From NCBI GenBank assembly GCA_039190425.1, contig JBCCYE010000013.1, positions 10,533-74,532 on the forward strand: a DNA stretch of 64,000 nt. Reading direction: 5' to 3'. The stretch's first letter is position 1, and each line of letters begins with the position of its first letter. Both the position numbers and the translations under genes were made by a program. Shown here piece by piece: positions 9,022 through 19,321 of this stretch. The DNA comes from Pseudomonadota bacterium (lineage in GTDB: Bacteria > Pseudomonadota > Gammaproteobacteria > Pseudomonadales > Halieaceae). The notes below the pieces were generated by a model. That model saw only the letters and a program-made list of their open reading frames with translations, was not told the origin of the DNA and ran no database searches.

Positions 9022-9906
9022 CTAGGGTGTTGGCCGCGCCAGCAGGCCATCTCGAAGGCGTTGCGCCTGGGCTTTGATCCGGCGGGTATTGTCGGGCCCC
9101 ATCCGCAACAACTGCTTTTGTAGATCGGTCAGGCTTTCGAGCTTCGGATCGACATAGGTGTACAGCGCGGAATCGCTTTCCAGTTCGATAGGTCCATCCA
9201 ACTCCGGTGTCGCCAATACCTGATCCAGTGTTCGGATCACAGCATTGTCGAACCCCTCGGGGTCTAACCCCAGCGCTTCGTAGGCCCGTTCGTACAAAGG
9301 CCGCAGACTATGGAAGCCAGACACAACGGTGGACGTATTCACCTGTTCGAGGGATTCGACCACCGCATCATAGCGACGATAACCGTTTTCGCTCATGTAA
9401 AAGCGGCCGGCGCGCTTGTCGACCTGGAAAGCGCCAAGGGGCGGCAATGTCACCAGTTTACGCACCAAATAGCCCCGGCTCATGCCGTCAATCAGCGCAG
9501 CGCTGGTATCCACGGCTTTGTCAGGGTCCAACATGGACTGCAGACGATTATCGACTCGCGCCTCGGTCATCTCCTCGAACAGCATGGCATTGCTGGCTTC
9601 CGCGTCCGGCAATGCAGGGACCACCGGCGTTAGAGACGCGGGCACCTCCATTGCGGTGTTCGGATCGGGTGCGGGCGGCGCCTGCCGTGGGATGTCGGGC
9701 GCGACCGGCTCGGCGGGGACTTGCACCGGGGCAGGCTGCTCGGCGGGTGTCACAGCGACCGGCGCTTCCTGCCCCTGCCCTGATCCGCTCCACCATCGAT
9801 AGACAACCGTCCCGACGATGACACAAACCACCAACACCGCAAGGAGTTTCCACCGACTGGACCGCCGCTGGTAGGGTTGGATCTGATCTTCCGGATCGGC
9901 TCTCAT
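9022..9906 (-). CDS. DUF3014-family membrane-anchored protein
   Basis: N-terminal TM, Pro/Ala linker, YRRYD, LRPLYERAY..LG, DPKLESL...QKQLLRMGP. Confidence 0.8.
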   Translation of the reverse strand: MRADPEDQIQPYQRRSSRWKLLAVLVVCVIVGTVVYRWWSGSGQGQEAPVAVTPAEQPAPVQVPAEPVAPDIPRQAPPAPDPNTAMEVPASLTPVVPALPDAEASNAMLFEEMTEARVDNRLQSMLDPDKAVDTSAALIDGMSRGYLVRKLVTLPPLGAFQVDKRAGRFYMSENGYRRYDAVVESLEQVNTSTVVSGFHSLRPLYERAYEALGLDPEGFDNAVIRTLDQVLATPELDGPIELESDSALYTYVDPKLESLTDLQKQLLRMGPDNTRRIKAQAQRLRDGLLARPTP

Positions 9907-9979
9907 ACAGCCACACTAGCGCGGCCCAGCCACCGTGGGAAGGTCTGGGCAAAAAAAATTCTTGGCCCGCAATACTCCG

Positions 9980-11086
9980 TCAGTCCAGTTTCTGACGGAA
10001 TCCCAAAAGCGCCAGGCACAGTGTGACGAGAAAAAAGCCCAACAGAAAAAACAGGTCCAGGTAAATCGCCTCCAGACCGGCGTCGCGCAGCATGATGCCT
10101 CTCACCACGCGTAAGAAATGGGTCATGGGCAGGGCTTCAGCCAGCCACTGGGCCACCTCGGGCATGGCCACATAGGGAAACATAAAACCCGACAGAAGGA
10201 TCGAGGGCAAAAAGAAGAATACGAACATCTGCATAGCTCCAAGCTGATTGGGCGCCCGGGTCGAAATCAGCAGGCCCAAGCCCAGATTAGCGAAGATAAA
10301 CACCAGGCAACTCATGGCCAGCAGCAGGTAGCTGCCGCGCACCTCCACGTCGAAGATCCACCAACCCAGCAGCAGAATAATCAACACCTGCAGCAGGCCG
10401 ATCACCATATACGGGGTCAACTTGCCGATCATCAGCTCCAGGGACTTGACCGGTGTGGCGATCAGCAGCTCCATGTTGCCGCGCTCTCGCTCGCGCACAA
10501 TGGCAATGGCCGTGAACATGGTCATGGTCATGGTCAAAATGACACCCAGCAGCCCCGGAACCGTGAACAACTGCGCCCGCTGTTCCGGGTTGTACAGTAG
10601 CGTCACGGCGAGCGGCGCGGTCTGCGCGCCGGAGAAGGAGCCGCGTCCCGGTGTAAAAGGAAACTCAGTCAGCGACTTCATGGCGGACGCCAACACCGTG
10701 TCGCTGGCGTCCACGACCAACTGCGCCAAGGGTTCTCCTGCGTCCGCATAATACCGCCGTTCAATATCCTGCGGCACAATCAATCCAGCGTTGAACTCGC
10801 CGTTCTCAACGCTCAGCGATACCTGATTCGGCGTCTCCAGGACGCGCGCAACGGACACAACCTGTGTTGCTTGCAAATCCAGAATGAACTGTCGCGAAAA
10901 ACTCGTACCTGCCTCATCCACCACCGAGATAGGCACGTCCCGCACGTCCGTATTGATGGTGTAACCGAACAACAGAAGCTGCAACAACGGGATGACGACG
11001 ACCATGGCGAAGGTCAGTCTGTCCGCTTTCAACTGCGCGACCTCTTTCAAGAAAATGGCCGCAATGCGCGCGAGGCTGTCCAGCAT
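9980..11086 (-). CDS. ABC-2 type exporter permease (YbhR/S-like)
   Basis: IVRERERGNMELLIATP, LSGFMFP, LPMTHF motifs. Confidence 0.9.
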   Translation of the reverse strand: MLDSLARIAAIFLKEVAQLKADRLTFAMVVVIPLLQLLLFGYTINTDVRDVPISVVDEAGTSFSRQFILDLQATQVVSVARVLETPNQVSLSVENGEFNAGLIVPQDIERRYYADAGEPLAQLVVDASDTVLASAMKSLTEFPFTPGRGSFSGAQTAPLAVTLLYNPEQRAQLFTVPGLLGVILTMTMTMFTAIAIVRERERGNMELLIATPVKSLELMIGKLTPYMVIGLLQVLIILLLGWWIFDVEVRGSYLLLAMSCLVFIFANLGLGLLISTRAPNQLGAMQMFVFFFLPSILLSGFMFPYVAMPEVAQWLAEALPMTHFLRVVRGIMLRDAGLEAIYLDLFFLLGFFLVTLCLALLGFRQKLD

Positions 11087-12012
11087 CAGAGCCCACCGCG
11101 CTCATTGGTTAGAATGACGAAGACGTCCTCTATGGTCGCAGCGGCCGGCACGACCTGGTAACCATCCCCCGCCAGTCTGCACAACAGCTGATCGGGCCGC
11201 TCTACACCCTGCCTGACAATCACCCGAAGCTGCAGCCCACTTTGCGCCGCCGAGACCACCTCCGGCGCCTGCTTCAGCCGTGGTGTTACGGCGGCCACGT
11301 CGGGCCCGCTGACCACCAGAACGCTCTCGGCGAGCTGACTCTTCAACGACTGGACTGAACCATCGCCCACCTTCCGACCGTGGTCCATGATCGTTAGATT
11401 GTGACAGCGCTCTGCTTCGTCCATCATGTGCGTGGAAACCAGGATTGAAGTCCCTGTCGACGCGATGCGAAAAAAGCTCTCCCACATATCCCGGCGCGTA
11501 TTGGGATCGACCTCCGACGTGGGCTCATCCAGGATCAGCAGCCTGGGGCGGGTCAACACCGCACCCGCGAGCGCCAGACGACGCTTCTGACCACCACTCA
11601 ATGGCCCGGCCTTGCGATGGGCGATCTCGACCAAGTCAAACTCCTCGATCACTTCACCAATGCGCTGCGCTTGAACACGCCCGCGAATCCCGTGCACTCG
11701 ACACAGGAACACCAGGTTCTGGCGAACACTGAGATCCTCGTACATCGAAAAACGCTGCGTCATGTAACCGACCTGCCGGCGCACAAGCGCAGCCTGCTCC
11801 GGCACCCGCATCCCCAGTACGGACACGGAGCCCTCGCTGGGATCGAGCAGTCCACACATCATGCGAATGGCGGTGGTTTTTCCCGAGCCGTTTGGGCCAA
11901 GAAAGCCGTGCACGGTCTGCGCGGGAATCTGCATACTCAAACCATCGACGGCCGTGAAGCCCCCAAAGCGTTTGCTCAGGCCATCGGTGGCGATCACGAT
12001 TTCCTGGGTCAT
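11086..12012 (-). CDS. ABC transporter ATP-binding protein
   Basis: GPNGSGKTT, LSGGQ, LILDEPT, H-loop STH. Confidence 0.95.
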   Translation of the reverse strand: MTQEIVIATDGLSKRFGGFTAVDGLSMQIPAQTVHGFLGPNGSGKTTAIRMMCGLLDPSEGSVSVLGMRVPEQAALVRRQVGYMTQRFSMYEDLSVRQNLVFLCRVHGIRGRVQAQRIGEVIEEFDLVEIAHRKAGPLSGGQKRRLALAGAVLTRPRLLILDEPTSEVDPNTRRDMWESFFRIASTGTSILVSTHMMDEAERCHNLTIMDHGRKVGDGSVQSLKSQLAESVLVVSGPDVAAVTPRLKQAPEVVSAAQSGLQLRVIVRQGVERPDQLLCRLAGDGYQVVPAAATIEDVFVILTNERGGL

Positions 12013-12962
12013 TGGCCCTTAAGTGCCACCTGCACAGGGATGCCGACGGCGAGCTCTCGCGCCTCCCCACCGGCAAGATCGATCTCGGTGACGTAGGTAA
12101 GACGCTGACGATCTTCTTCAGCCAGCGCATAGTAGGGTGTAAAGGTAGGTCGCGACTCAATGTGCCGAACCCGCCCCTCGACGGGTAAGTCGCGGCCATC
12201 GACGTACACATCGACCTCCGTACCAACGCGTACGCTGCTCATCCACAGTTCTGGTAGATAGACACGCGCCCAGGGCCCCTCCCCGGCAAGCACCGTTGTG
12301 ACCACCGCACCTGCGGGCGGTTTGTCGCCCAGCTTGAATGGAAAGCTCTCCAGCACCCCGTCCCGCTCGGCCACCACGGTGTAGTGCAGCAACAGGGTCT
12401 CCTGATAGTCGAGCTCTGCTTCAGCCGCACGCAGCCTCGCTTCGGTTTGCTGGATGCGCTCCACCCTGAAGCCGGCCTTGAGCTCCTTGAGTCGCTCAAA
12501 GTCTGACTCCTCCCGGCCAATGGTTTCGTCGAGCCGGGTGCGCGCCAGATCCAGATTGCGCTCGCTGGTCAGCTGGTCTTTCTCAAGTTTCTTTTGACGC
12601 TCGTATTCAAGCTCGGCATTTTCCCGCGCACTCACGGACGCTTCGTAGCGTGCCCGTGCGGCTGCCACCTGTTCTTCACGAAATCCGGTGCGCAGCTCGC
12701 GGAGCTCTGCCTGTATCTGCTCGATCTGGGCCTGTGTTTGCATGACACTGGCCTCCTGCAGGCGCGCATCCAGGCGCAGCAGAGGCTGGCCCGCAACCAC
12801 CGCATCACCTTCCTGTACCAGCAGCTCAGTCACCACCTCTGAGGCGATGGCTCGACCGTTCATGCGGTCCCACTCCAGCGTGCCGAGCGCACGCTGCGGG
12901 GAGCGTTCACAGCCACCTAGAAGCAGCAACAACAGCAAGCCTACACAGCTCGTTTGTCTCAT
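12009..12962 (-). CDS. HlyD-family membrane fusion protein (YbhG-like)
   Basis: Start at ATG 12962; lipobox-like LLGGC; VQEGDAV..GQPL; coiled coil; FTPY. Confidence 0.85.
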   Translation of the reverse strand: MRQTSCVGLLLLLLLGGCERSPQRALGTLEWDRMNGRAIASEVVTELLVQEGDAVVAGQPLLRLDARLQEASVMQTQAQIEQIQAELRELRTGFREEQVAAARARYEASVSARENAELEYERQKKLEKDQLTSERNLDLARTRLDETIGREESDFERLKELKAGFRVERIQQTEARLRAAEAELDYQETLLLHYTVVAERDGVLESFPFKLGDKPPAGAVVTTVLAGEGPWARVYLPELWMSSVRVGTEVDVYVDGRDLPVEGRVRHIESRPTFTPYYALAEEDRQRLTYVTEIDLAGGEARELAVGIPVQVALKGQ

Positions 12963-13108
12963 CTTATGCCCTCGTTCGCCATTGCATTGACGCGTCGGCC
13001 ATCGACACGCGCGACCGTAACCCAAGGCGCCGACGCCGGCAAGCGTCGCGCTCAGTACTTGCCATCAGTGCTACACTTGCGCCCTATGTCACCGATACAG
13101 GCACCGTC

Positions 13109-13972
13109 ATGCAAATGAGTCCCGGCCTTTGGGGAATGTTACCTATTGCCGTGGTTATCCTGGCCTTTCTCGGCTTTCGGCAGCTGAATCGCTGGCGCCA
13201 TGCTCGAATCGTGCAGCGACCAATGGATCCGCAACAGCTCGCGCTATTGCAGCAGGGTGTTCCCATCTACCAATCGCTGTCTGCCGAAGAGCAGCAGCGT
13301 CTGCAGGCACTGGTTAAGCTGTTTCTCGCCGATAAGCATTTTTATGGCTGTGCCGGTTTGGAGGTCACAGAGCGCATGCGGATTACCATCGCCGGGGAAG
13401 CCTGTCTGCTCATACTGAACCAGCCGGGCGCGATCTACCCGGGCCTGTCATCCATACTGATCTACCCCAGCGCATTTCGCGTGGACCGCGAACAGCACAC
13501 GGAACATGGCACGGTGGTCACGGGCTCACACCGTCTGCTGGGAGAATCCTGGGATGCAGGCAAGGTTATCCTTTCCTGGGACGACGTCGCCAACGGCGTG
13601 TCAGATTTCAGTGACGGTCACAATGTGGTACTGCATGAGTTCGCTCACCAGCTGGACTCACAATACGGTACCGCCAACGGATCACCGCGACTGCGGGATA
13701 ACAGTTACAAGTCCTGGGCGAGAGTGCTGTCGAGTAATTTTGAAAATCTTCAAACCAGAGCGCTAAACCATCTACCAACCGTCATGGACACTTACGGAGC
13801 AACCAATCCCGCCGAGTTCTTCGCCGTTGCCACGGAGACTTTTTTTGAAAAGCCGGACGCGCTGCACCGAGTGCGCCCGGACCTCTACGAAGAGCTGCAA
13901 CGCTATTACGGATGCGACCCTCGGTTGTGGCAGCACGGTACAAGCAGGGCGGCGACTGACGCGCTTCACTGA
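13109..13972 (+). CDS. M90-family zinc peptidase (MtfA-like)
   Basis: GESW, NVVLHEFAHQLD, YGATNPAEFFAVATETFFE. Confidence 0.9.
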   Translation: MQMSPGLWGMLPIAVVILAFLGFRQLNRWRHARIVQRPMDPQQLALLQQGVPIYQSLSAEEQQRLQALVKLFLADKHFYGCAGLEVTERMRITIAGEACLLILNQPGAIYPGLSSILIYPSAFRVDREQHTEHGTVVTGSHRLLGESWDAGKVILSWDDVANGVSDFSDGHNVVLHEFAHQLDSQYGTANGSPRLRDNSYKSWARVLSSNFENLQTRALNHLPTVMDTYGATNPAEFFAVATETFFEKPDALHRVRPDLYEELQRYYGCDPRLWQHGTSRAATDALH

Positions 13973-14066
13973 CGGACAGTTCCGTGGCCTGTCGAGTGTG
14001 GGCAACCGCGACGCAATCGGTATACTCTCGAACACTTTAATGACCTGAAGCAAGGAGACATGGCGT

Positions 14067-15467
14067 ATGGCCCTGTACAGCAAAAACAAAGTCAGAGATA
14101 AACTCTCGGAAGATGTTTACGCATCGACCGAGCTCTCGACACCCTTGCCCAAATATCGCATCCCAGATGAAGAGCTCGACCCGCGTATCGCCTACAACGT
14201 GGTACGGGACGAGCTGATGCTGGACGGCAACTCCCGGCAGAACCTGGCCACATTCTGTCAGACCTGGCTTGAGCCCGAAGCGCACAAGTTGATGGATGAG
14301 TGCATCGACAAGAATATGATTGACAAGGACGAGTATCCGCAAACGGCGGAGATTGAAGAGCGTTGCGTCAATATGCTGGCCGAATTGTGGAACTCGCCCG
14401 AAGCCTCGGACACCATGGGTTGTTCCACCACAGGATCCAGCGAAGCCGCCATGCTCGGCGGTCTCGCCCTGAAGTGGCGCTGGCGCGACAAGATGCGCGC
14501 CAAGGGCAAGGCCACCGACAAGCCCAACATGATCTGCGGACCTGTGCAGATTTGCTGGCACAAGTTTGCCCGCTACTTTGACGTGGAACTGCGGGAAGTG
14601 CCGCTGGAACAGGACCGCATGCTGCTGACACCCGACGCGGTGATCGAACGCTGCGACGAAAACACCATCGGCGTGGTGCCAACCCTCGGCGTCACATTCA
14701 CCTGTCAGTACGAACCGGTCGGAGCTATCTGCGCGGCATTGGACCAGCTCGAAGCCGACACCGGTCTGGACATTCCCGTTCACGTGGACGGGGCCAGTGG
14801 CGCGTTTTTAGCGCCCTTTTGCGCGCCTGACCTCGAGTGGGACTTTCGGCTGCCGAGAGTAAAGTCGATCAACGCATCCGGCCACAAGTTCGGGCTGGCA
14901 CCCCTTGGCGTTGGCTGGGTCATTTGGCGGGACGCGACCGACCTACCAGACGATCTGGTGTTCAAGGTCAATTATCTGGGCGGCAACATGCCCACCTTTG
15001 CCTTAAATTTCTCCCGACCGGGCGGTCAGATCGTCGCCCAGTACTACAATTTTTTGCGGTTGGGTAAAACGGGCTATCGCAACATCCATACCGCCTCCTA
15101 CGACACTGCGCGCTATCTGGCGGAGCAGATTGGCGCACTGGGACCTTTTGATGTCTTGTACGACGGCGAAATGAGCGGCGGCATCCCGGCGCTGTGCTGG
15201 AGACTCAAGAGTGGCTACGAAAGCACCGGCTACTCTCTGTACGACCTGGCGGACCGGCTGCGCAGCCGAGGCTGGCAGGTACCGGCTTACTCTATGCCGG
15301 CGAACCGCGAAGACCTTGTTATCCAGCGCATTCTGGTGCGTCATGGTTTCAGTCGCGATCTGGCGTCGCTGTTGCTGGAGGACATGGAACGGGCGCTGAC
15401 GTTCTTTGCGCAACACCCGGTGACCGCGCCACTGGACGAACGGGAAGCCGGTGGTTACCGACACTGA
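14067..15467 (+). CDS. gadB: Glutamate decarboxylase (PLP-dependent)
   Basis: [51 protein letters not shown]. Confidence 0.93.
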   Translation: MALYSKNKVRDKLSEDVYASTELSTPLPKYRIPDEELDPRIAYNVVRDELMLDGNSRQNLATFCQTWLEPEAHKLMDECIDKNMIDKDEYPQTAEIEERCVNMLAELWNSPEASDTMGCSTTGSSEAAMLGGLALKWRWRDKMRAKGKATDKPNMICGPVQICWHKFARYFDVELREVPLEQDRMLLTPDAVIERCDENTIGVVPTLGVTFTCQYEPVGAICAALDQLEADTGLDIPVHVDGASGAFLAPFCAPDLEWDFRLPRVKSINASGHKFGLAPLGVGWVIWRDATDLPDDLVFKVNYLGGNMPTFALNFSRPGGQIVAQYYNFLRLGKTGYRNIHTASYDTARYLAEQIGALGPFDVLYDGEMSGGIPALCWRLKSGYESTGYSLYDLADRLRSRGWQVPAYSMPANREDLVIQRILVRHGFSRDLASLLLEDMERALTFFAQHPVTAPLDEREAGGYRH

Positions 15468-15559
15468 GGCGTGTTAGCGGACGGACGTAGGCGGACTGTT
15501 CCATCCACCCGCTAAGCGGGCACCACCCTGGTGCTCGACAGGCGCGGCTTACCGGTGCG

Positions 15560-16186
15560 TCAGCGCTGCGCTTCGAGTCCCAACAGCAACGCCCGCGTTG
15601 TGTCTTCAAGCATGGCGCAGGCATCGACGTCGGGAAGAAACTTCTGCATCTGGTTGTGCAGGGTTAGACTGCTCATGCCGTGCACCAGGGCCCATAAACG
15701 GCCGGCAACGTTCAGAGCATCGATGTGCCGAATATCGTGTTCGGACAGATAGATGTGCAAGTTCTCAACCAACAGGTGAAACCCGATGGCCTTATGACTC
15801 AAGCCCTCTTCGTCCATGGCTCTAAAGCCATGGTCTCCCCACATCAGGTCGTAGAATGCCGGCTTGCCGCTGACAAAACCACGGTAGGCGTGACCAATCG
15901 CGACGATGGCTTCCATGCTACCGGCGCGCTGACCCTGCAGCGCTTCCATGACGGCCTCGTTCAGGCCGACAAAGGCCAGCTCACACACCGCCTCGAGCAG
16001 CGCGTCTTTGTCGCGAAAATGGCGGTAGGGTGCGGCACTGCTAACACCCGCCCGACGCGCAGCATCGACCATGGCAAAGTCCATGGAGCCACTCTCTTGG
16101 ATCAGTTCAGCCGCAGCTGCAATCAGGCTGTTATAAAGATCGCCATGATGGTAGCTGCCGCTGGGCTTGGGTAGCGTAGCGGACAT
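15560..16186 (-). CDS. TetR-family regulator (WHG-type C-terminus)
   Basis: YHHGDL, ARRAGVSSAAPYRHF, WALVHG; last gene of the RND operon. Confidence 0.88.
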   Translation of the reverse strand: MSATLPKPSGSYHHGDLYNSLIAAAAELIQESGSMDFAMVDAARRAGVSSAAPYRHFRDKDALLEAVCELAFVGLNEAVMEALQGQRAGSMEAIVAIGHAYRGFVSGKPAFYDLMWGDHGFRAMDEEGLSHKAIGFHLLVENLHIYLSEHDIRHIDALNVAGRLWALVHGMSSLTLHNQMQKFLPDVDACAMLEDTTRALLLGLEAQR

Positions 16187-16191
16187 GCTTG

Positions 16192-19100
16192 TTATCTCCC
16201 CGGTAGCGGCACGTCGGCCGCCAAATCGCTTTTGTTGTTAGACCAGGTTCGCTGGTAAACCACCATGTACAAAGGTGGCACCAGGAAGAACGATACGACC
16301 GTCGACAGTAAAACACCACCGGCTATCGCCATCGCAAACGGCGGCCAAAAGCTGCCGCCCGACAGGATCAGAGGCAGGAAACCACCGAAGGTCGTGATGG
16401 TGGTGGACAAAATGTGGCGGCTGGCATCCATGACCACGGTACGCACCGCATGGGAATCACCCGCGGCAACACCTGCATCGCGTTGCAGGGCAGTAATGAT
16501 AATGATCGCTGCATTGATCGAGACACCGATCGAGCCGATCACACCGATCAGCGCCTGCACACCGAACGGATAGCGAAAAATCGCCAGCGACAGCAGGCTC
16601 AGCCCTATCGAACAGAGCGTGACCACAAAGGTCACACCCGACAGTCGCCAGGAGTTGAACGTAAGTACAATGGTCGCCATCAACAGGGCGAATACCAGAC
16701 CGAAAGGACCGACCAGATCTTCTACCACACCGGCTCGTTCGTCCGTGTTGCCACCAAAGGAATAACGATACCCCTCTGGCAGATCAATGGGATCGGCTGC
16801 CAGATTAGCACGCAGTTCCTTGAGCACCTCCTCGGCCAGCACACCTCTGACGAGATAAGCCTGGACATTGTTGGTTCGCTCACCGTCCTCACGAACGATC
16901 GTACCGCTGGCGGGTACCAGCACATAATCTCCAAGCGTGCTCAGCGCCACGGCCGGCAGCAGTCGCTCATTGTCTGCGACGCTGGCGGGCAACTGGATCG
17001 CAGCAACGTCGTGCGCCGCGCCCAGAGGTGCTTCCGCCAACCGTGCTCGCACCGGCATGCGTTCGGTATCTTCCAGCAGTTCCCCTGCCGTTACACCTTC
17101 GAGAGCGGTGTCGAGTATCGCTGCAACATCGGTCAGGTTTAACCCGAGTCGACGCAGCCTGTCTTCATCGAGACGAAACTCCACTTTTGGGGCACCCGCC
17201 ACCAGGCTAGTGTTGGTATGGGTAACATCGGGCAAGGCTTGCATACGCCTGCGTAACTCGTCGCCGATGGCTCTCAGGGTCGCCAGATTGGGCCCAAAGA
17301 CCTTGACCTCCACCGGCGCCATCACCGGTGGCCCCTGATCAACGCCGCGCACAATAATCTGCGCTTGAGGGAAGCGCCGATCCAGTTCGACCTGCTGACG
17401 TCGAATCAACGCATCCGTTGCTGCTTCGTCGTGGGTGAGTACCAACGCCTCGGCGAAGCCGGGATCGTTTTGACGTGTGCGCATCATATTGTAATAAAAT
17501 GGTGGGGCACTCTCTCCAACGCTCCAGTCGACGCGCCGAATCAGCGGTTCCTGACGCAAGACTTCATCCATCTGCAAAGCCAACGCGTGGCTGTCATAGA
17601 TGGAGCGGCCCTCTGGCATGTGCACCTGAATGTAAAACTGATCGCGATCGGTGCCGGGGAAAAACTGCGCCGTCAGGGTGGGAAACGCCAGGAACCCAGC
17701 AATAGGCAATATCAGCGCCAGCGCAATGCTCATCGCCTTATGCGACAGCGACCAGTCCAGCGTCGCCGAGAATCTGCGGCCCATCTTCCCGCTCTGAATG
17801 CCCCAGTCCCACCAGCGCACCTGGTGACGACTCAGCCCACCCGGCAGCAGCCAGCCCGCAATTGCCGGCGTCAGAGTGAGCGCCAAAATGAATGAGGAAC
17901 CCAACATCACAACAACCGCTTTGGCAATTGATCCGAGGAAATCGCCAGCCGGACCCGGCAAGATCACCATCGGCATGAAAGCGAGAATGGTGGTGGCGGT
18001 GGAGCTGATCAGCGGCACCCGGAGACGCTCTACCGACCCGCCGATGGCCTCGGACACGGTCATTCCCCGCTGCAGCCGCTTGCGAATTTCGTCGGTCATT
18101 ACAATTGAGCTGTCCACCAGCAAACCGAGCGCAACAATCAGCCCCGTAATGGACATCTGGTGTATCGGTACGCCCCAGTAATACAGCGCCGACAGGGACA
18201 TCAGACTGCACAGGGGAAGCGCCAGTGCCACGACCAGTGCTGCCCGCCAACCCAAGGTCACCAGCAGCACCGCCACGACCAGGGTCACACCGAGAGCCAA
18301 ATTACCCAGCACCTCCCCTAGACGTTCCTGGGTATAGCCTGCCTGGTCGTAAACGGTTTCCAGCACCAGGCCGTCGGGTAGCTGCGCTTGAAACTGCTGC
18401 ACCAACTCGCCGAAGCGAGCGCTCCAGGTGTCCACCTGCAGACCTTGCCGCATAGCAACCCCGATCAGCACTCCCTGCTGCCCTTGTACCAGGGCGAGAT
18501 CGCTGGGTGGCGTCACGACCGCGCGACGCACATCGGCAATATCGGAAATGCGGACCCCACCACTGTCACCGGTGCGCACCACCACGCTGCGAATACGCTC
18601 CAGCGAGTCAAACTGCCCATCGATTTCAAGCAGCAGATTGCTTCGGTCGTTTTTCAGGCGACCCGAGGCGATGCGCGGGTCTGCGCTGCGCAGTGCAGCT
18701 GCGACCTCGGCCAGCGTGATACCCCGTGCTGCCATCGCCCGCTCATCGACATCGACGCGAATTTCTTCATCGGGTGCACCGAACAAGCGCACCAGATCGG
18801 TACCCGGAAAGTTGCGGGCGTCGTCAGCGAAGTCCCTGGCGATACGAGTGAGCAACCCAGGCGGTACTGTCTCTCCGGTCACAGGGCGCAAGCCGACGAT
18901 GCGCACGTAGGGCGTCATCATGTCATTGTCCAGGATCGGAGCCTGTACCCCGGGCGGGAATTGATCGGCCACTTCGCTCAGCGCTTCGCGCACTTCTGAC
19001 CAGGCAAGCTCGATTTCGGTCTCTTCGAGTCGATCATTCAATTCGATCGTGACGCGCGACACGCCAGTGGTAGAACTCGATTCGACAGTTTCGATCTCAG

Positions 19101-19320
19101 ATATCTCACGCAGGCGTTCTTCCAGCGGTTTTGACACCTGGGATTCCACCCGAGCGGGATCGGCTCCGGGAAAAACGGTTGTGGCGAAGGCAAACAGATT
19201 GGTGATGGTCGGATCTTCCTGCCGACCGATGCTGTTCAGGCTGGAAAGCCCCACCAGTATAATCACCAGTATGAACAGCAACGTGTAACGTTTGTTGCTG
19301 AACAGCAGTTGGGCGAGCAT
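16192..19320 (-). CDS. RND efflux transporter permease (AcrB/D/F family)
   Basis: ~1040 aa; RQEDP, GLLVDSSIV, AFMPM, GFLPL; start reassigned to ATG 19320. Confidence 0.92.
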   Translation of the reverse strand: MLAQLLFSNKRYTLLFILVIILVGLSSLNSIGRQEDPTITNLFAFATTVFPGADPARVESQVSKPLEERLREISEIETVESSSTTGVSRVTIELNDRLEETEIELAWSEVREALSEVADQFPPGVQAPILDNDMMTPYVRIVGLRPVTGETVPPGLLTRIARDFADDARNFPGTDLVRLFGAPDEEIRVDVDERAMAARGITLAEVAAALRSADPRIASGRLKNDRSNLLLEIDGQFDSLERIRSVVVRTGDSGGVRISDIADVRRAVVTPPSDLALVQGQQGVLIGVAMRQGLQVDTWSARFGELVQQFQAQLPDGLVLETVYDQAGYTQERLGEVLGNLALGVTLVVAVLLVTLGWRAALVVALALPLCSLMSLSALYYWGVPIHQMSITGLIVALGLLVDSSIVMTDEIRKRLQRGMTVSEAIGGSVERLRVPLISSTATTILAFMPMVILPGPAGDFLGSIAKAVVVMLGSSFILALTLTPAIAGWLLPGGLSRHQVRWWDWGIQSGKMGRRFSATLDWSLSHKAMSIALALILPIAGFLAFPTLTAQFFPGTDRDQFYIQVHMPEGRSIYDSHALALQMDEVLRQEPLIRRVDWSVGESAPPFYYNMMRTRQNDPGFAEALVLTHDEAATDALIRRQQVELDRRFPQAQIIVRGVDQGPPVMAPVEVKVFGPNLATLRAIGDELRRRMQALPDVTHTNTSLVAGAPKVEFRLDEDRLRRLGLNLTDVAAILDTALEGVTAGELLEDTERMPVRARLAEAPLGAAHDVAAIQLPASVADNERLLPAVALSTLGDYVLVPASGTIVREDGERTNNVQAYLVRGVLAEEVLKELRANLAADPIDLPEGYRYSFGGNTDERAGVVEDLVGPFGLVFALLMATIVLTFNSWRLSGVTFVVTLCSIGLSLLSLAIFRYPFGVQALIGVIGSIGVSINAAIIIITALQRDAGVAAGDSHAVRTVVMDASRHILSTTITTFGGFLPLILSGGSFWPPFAMAIAGGVLLSTVVSFFLVPPLYMVVYQRTWSNNKSDLAADVPLPGR

Positions 19321-19321
19321 G

